Below the pieces are notes generated by a model that saw only the letters and a list, made by a program, of their open reading frames with translations, did no database searches and was not told where the DNA came from. DNA of 64,000 bases from the human T2T-CHM13v2.0 reference genome, Homo sapiens: the NCBI RefSeq assembly GCF_009914755.1, contig NC_060938.1; one strand, 5' to 3'. Both the position numbers and the translations under genes were made by a program. This document shows, piece after piece, positions 59,603 to 64,000 of the stretch (its first letter is position 1; every line of letters begins with the position of its first letter).

Positions 59603-61794
59603 CCCTAGTGGCTCCTGAAGAGCTCTTCCTGGCCTCCCTCCTGACAGAAACATTAAAATGCATCTGTGGGTTGAGTAAAGCACCATATGCCAGTCTTCTC
59701 TTCTAGAAGGCAGGCACCCTCAATATTGAAGAGTGATTTTCCAGGCATCCCCTCATCTCACTTGGTTCTGATGAAAACAATGTTCCTTTTGTCCTCTCTC
59801 TCAGGAGTTTCCCCAGAGGGATAGCGTTGGTAGGTAGATTGTGTAGCTCCTTAGTTAGCTGCCTGGGAGGGTTTAGCTCCAGTCATGGGCAGCTTACAGG
59901 ATAATTAGCCCTTTTTGTTTTGAGCTATGGGTCTTAAGTGTATATCAGAATACTGGGAAAAGTCTCATTTTATATTATATGTGATGTGTATATTTCTTCC
60001 AGAAATTTGGATAAAAGAGTATATAAATATAAATAAATCTATATTTTTTATCAATGCCAGAAGAAGCAGATATTCAAAATGTTATGGGAGAAGTGGGTTA
60101 TATCTTTAGTGCAGATAAGGGTAAGCAGTATTATTATTAACTCTGTGAATCAGACCTTTAGGCCTCCCACTTCTGGTGGCATCAATTGTGAGATTTGCAC
60201 TAACCAGCAGATAAAAAAGTCAAGGTCATGTAGGAAATCAATCAGGTAAGGCCTTAGAGAAAGGGTAGAGTACTTGACTTCACCATCAGATGGTAGACTC
60301 CAAATTTATTTAGGTTACTTTGAGGGAATTTGAAGAAGAGAACAGAAAATGAGGTAATTAAGGAGGGCCCTAATCCCTTTGGTTAGAAATGAACAATTAC
60401 AGTAAATCTTTGGCTTCAGGCATCATTGGTAATGACAGGTGATATTCCCCAAGAGGCACAATTATTACCTTTTTTCAGTTAATAAACCTCCTTTCATTTT
60501 TCCTATTCTATTTTATTTGGATTGAATCTTTCAGAGCAATGATGTGCTTCTTTACAGTCCTAAACAGAGTCTACTGATCACATCACACTCTCCTTAATTG
60601 TTCAAGGGTAATTATTACAAATCCTAGTTGGTGTTCAAGAATTTAATACAGAGACACACTCAAAAGTAATTTGACATGAGTAGGCTCTTTGCCCCAGAGA
60701 CTAAACAACCCTCAAATTGACTGTCTTTTGTATTTATTTGTTTGTTAGAGACTTTTCAAAATTTTACTTATGAGCAGTCGAGGGACTCTTCTCACTGCTG
60801 CATACTGCCCACCAGAAGTCTTTATCATCTGGTGTTCCTGGTCTTTGGGCTTGGAAACCAGATAACCATGTTCATTTGAACTACATGAAAACCAATAGTA
60901 AATAAGTTATGAGAGTAGGTCTGAGCAGATCTCCAAGAAACAAAGTACATGATCTTCAACACATGTGACATTGGGATTTGCTGCTCAAGGACCTTTTGTG
61001 GTTATGTCTTGGTTCTTGGCTGTGTTTGAGATGGGCGAGATTACCAGAAACCTGAGTTCCAAATACATAATGTTTAACCATAGTTTCTAAGTAGAAAGTA
61101 AAGCATTATGGAGGAGGCGTTGATTCTCATATTACTGGGTCATTATTTCAATAAAAATCTATTAAGAGATGAAAATAGTTGGTGCTTCTTTGAAAATGCC
61201 TTAATGTTACCAAGGAGTCAGTTACTCACTTACCTGGCCCATATTTTGAAATTAATTCCTAAAGCTATTTATACTACTCAAGCTGTCCCCAGAGCCTCTC
61301 TTTAAAGGATGCTATTTCCAGCATGAGCTCAGTCGTTCAGGGCAGTATCCTGGGGTTTTCAGTTCAAAAAATCAAATTAGTGCAGCTGGGCCGATTACCA
61401 AAAGCCATTAGAAGACTTTGGTTCCCTTTTTAACAGCTCCCTCCTCTCCTGCACTCCTCCTGCCTTGGAAGCTCAGATGTTCAGCATGAGAGCCTTTTTT
61501 TCTGAATTGCTTTTGGCACAGACTGCAGGCGGGCAAGCATGCAGTTAGAAGATTGTCCAAAATCACAGTTATATGACAACATTGATCTTGGCTCCAAAAG
61601 TCAAATGGAGAATTCCATTTCGGCACAAGACCTTTTCTTCTAACCCATGTCAAGGATACTCATTTATTTTTCAAGGCTTTTGATAACCTCATATCAATGT
61701 TAAAATGTGGATCCCAACATAATTTTTAAAGGATTGTGAAAGTCTTTATTAATTATATTTTTAGATTTCTTAAGAATTATTTTCTTTCTAGGTT

Positions 61795-62181
61795 TGTTAT
61801 GACTGAATTATGTCTCCCCCACCCCAAATTTATATGTTGAAGTCCTAACTCTCAGAACCTCAGAATGTGATAGTATTTAGAGATAAGGTCTTTATAGGAA
61901 TAATTAGGTGAAAATGAGATCATTAAGATGGCCCTTAATTCAATATAACTGGTGTCCTTATAAGAAAAAGAGATTAGGACAGACACAGAGAAAAGACTAA
62001 GTGAAGACACAGTGAGAAGGTTGCCATCTACAAGCCTAGGAGAGAGGCCTCAGATGGAACCAACTTGCTGACACCTTGATCTTGGACTTTCAGCCTCCAG
62101 AACTGTGAGAAAATAAATTTCCTTCATTTAAGCTCCCCAGTCTGTGATACTTTGTAATGGCAGCCCTAGAAGACTAAGGCA
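61795..62181 (+). mobile_element. MaLR solo LTR, MLT1B-like
   Basis: TGTTATGACTGAATTATGTCTCC..CAGCCTCCAGAACTGTGAGAAAATAAATTTC; perfect 5-bp TSD AGGTT at 61790 and 62182. Confidence 0.92.
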
Positions 62182-63109
62182 AGGTTTCACTGGCTGAAAA
62201 TCCACATTATAAACCAAAGAGGTACAAGAAAACTCATAACCATATACAGGAACAATGGTACCATGGGACGTATTGAATTAAATTTGGAGAGCATCTTTTT
62301 GCTCTGTAACTAGACCTGTTTATATATCTGCTATGTGTATAATTTGGAGCCACCTATGACTGGTCTCCAATAAATAGCTGCTATTTGAACACTGGTATTC
62401 TTTGTCCTATTCCAAACAGGAAACATCTTTCTCACTCTTAACATTTTTCTCATCTTTTAGAGCAAATGAGCTCTTTTGAATTCCAAGCTCCGTGTCCTTA
62501 GTGAGTCCTCCACAGTCTGTGCATCAGCAGAGCTAACACTTTCCCTCTCTAATATCAGCTAATTAGCCTCTCTGCCTGCCACCTCCTGTGCCCTTTATTC
62601 TTCTATCAAAAGGAGAGACCCTCCTGCAAGACATACACAGAGGCAGGTGCTGCTTTTCAATCCCTTGTGGTTTACCTCCTTTACTGGCCTTACCTTAGTC
62701 TACCAGGAACTAATGAGCTATTAGTGATAGATTCCTTTATTTGCAAAAAGAAAAACATTCATCAATGTCCTAAAATGTAATTTCTGAAGAATATAAACCA
62801 GAGAACTCTAATTTGAGAAAAAAATGTTTTCAACGTATATGAAGACTGAAGCAGCTGCGCATTCAGGTTAAAATTGTGGTACTGGAAGATGAATTGTCAC
62901 ACTGCAAGATTGTAGAATCATCAATATGGACTTGCTTCCAGAGAGGGATAGTTCTCAATTCCAGTGCACACTAGACTCTCCTGAGGAATGTTTAGAGAAT
63001 TCTGATAGATATCATTTATAAAGAGCCTGAATTAATTAGTGTGGAGTAAAGCCCATTCCTTGGTATTTCAAAAATTGACCAGGAATTAAAAGGATGGGTT
63101 ACTAATGAG

Positions 63110-63192
63110 GAAAAGAGAGAAAGAAAGCAAAAAAGAGAGAGACAGAGGTCATGAGAGAGACAGACAGAGACTGAGAGATAGAGGAAAAAAAA
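63110..63192. repeat. GA-rich low-complexity tract
   Basis: GAGAGAGACAGA-type repeats. Confidence 0.8.
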
Positions 63193-64000
63193 AGGTATTG
63201 GTTAATTTTTTGTTCCTGACTACTACGTACAGACATGTGGGACCTAATGTTTCCTTTGCAAGTAAAATTTGGGATAAATTAGGTTTGATTGCAGCTAAGA
63301 GCATATTAAGACCTTGGAAAAACAACTCAAATTGTTGCATGGCAGAATGGATGTTATCTTTAACTATGGCATCACCATAAGACAGCTTTATAAATTACAG
63401 GGTACGATGGATTATTTTGATGAGATTATGGGTTCTTTATATTGCTTACTCAGACAGGGATAATAACAGAATACAACCACATATGTTTATAGTTTCTGTT
63501 GGAAAAGACCTTCAAGATGATCTGGATGAAATGAACAATGATCGCATCTCCACGGTATGTTTTCTTTATAATGAAGTTGGTACCATCTCTTAATCTGAGC
63601 AACCATATTTAGACATCAAGGTGAGAACAATTCTATCTAGATGTAACCAGTGGTCTACTATCTAACTGCAGTCAAGCTTTCCCTGCTATTCTTCCTACTG
63701 GCTCATACTCATTTGTTGATCTTGTGTTCCTTAAGTGACAAATGCTTGAAAATTCAAGCAGAATTGTGCATTATTACAAAGGGCTCCTCATTATTTACCA
63801 TTGTAAATTAATTTCTGTCATTTACAATTCTAATAGGCAATTAACCTGGTTAAAACAGTGCTGTGGCAGTATGATGGTTAGTACTAGAGAAAATAACCAT
63901 GCTTGGGGAAGTTGCCTAAGATGATGTCAAAGTTACTGTGTACCTATTATTTGTTAGGCAACTGCAATAAGAAATCTCTTTATAAAGATATTAAATAAAA

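Noticed and set aside
58700-59900. GC-richer block around MER1B with short ORFs
   Set aside because: Probably an old LTR remnant I cannot name; the ORFs show no recognisable homology.

Overview
Primate (human-like), AT-rich genomic DNA dominated by transposable elements. I recognise no intact protein-coding gene, structural RNA gene or CRISPR array. The one gene-derived feature is a full-length processed pseudogene of SRSF10 (about 4779-7346, +) with a long 3'UTR, polyA remnant and target-site duplication (TSD). The rest is L1 (four large L1PA pieces plus older L1PB/L1M), L2, MIR, Alu, ERV/MaLR LTRs and DNA transposons. Almost all long ORFs in the track are broken L1 ORF1/ORF2 or their antisense. 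The unusual signals are structural. (1) A near-perfect 575-bp inverted duplication (898-1472 / 3069-3647) has a templated junction. (2) Two L1PA copies 24 kb apart share six apparently non-consensus substitutions, suggesting gene conversion or a shared source element; a second pair shows a weaker signal. (3) A perfect 34-bp-arm hairpin sits inside an old MLT1 LTR, with several smaller fold-back insertions elsewhere. (4) Three twin-primed (5'-inverted) L1s lie within 7 kb, one nested in another. (5) Two old L1s are stacked at one target site, leaving three TSD copies. (6) A young 30-bp VNTR lies inside MER20. Subfamily names come from remembered consensus sequences and need RepeatMasker/Dfam confirmation; boundaries of old repeats are approximate.
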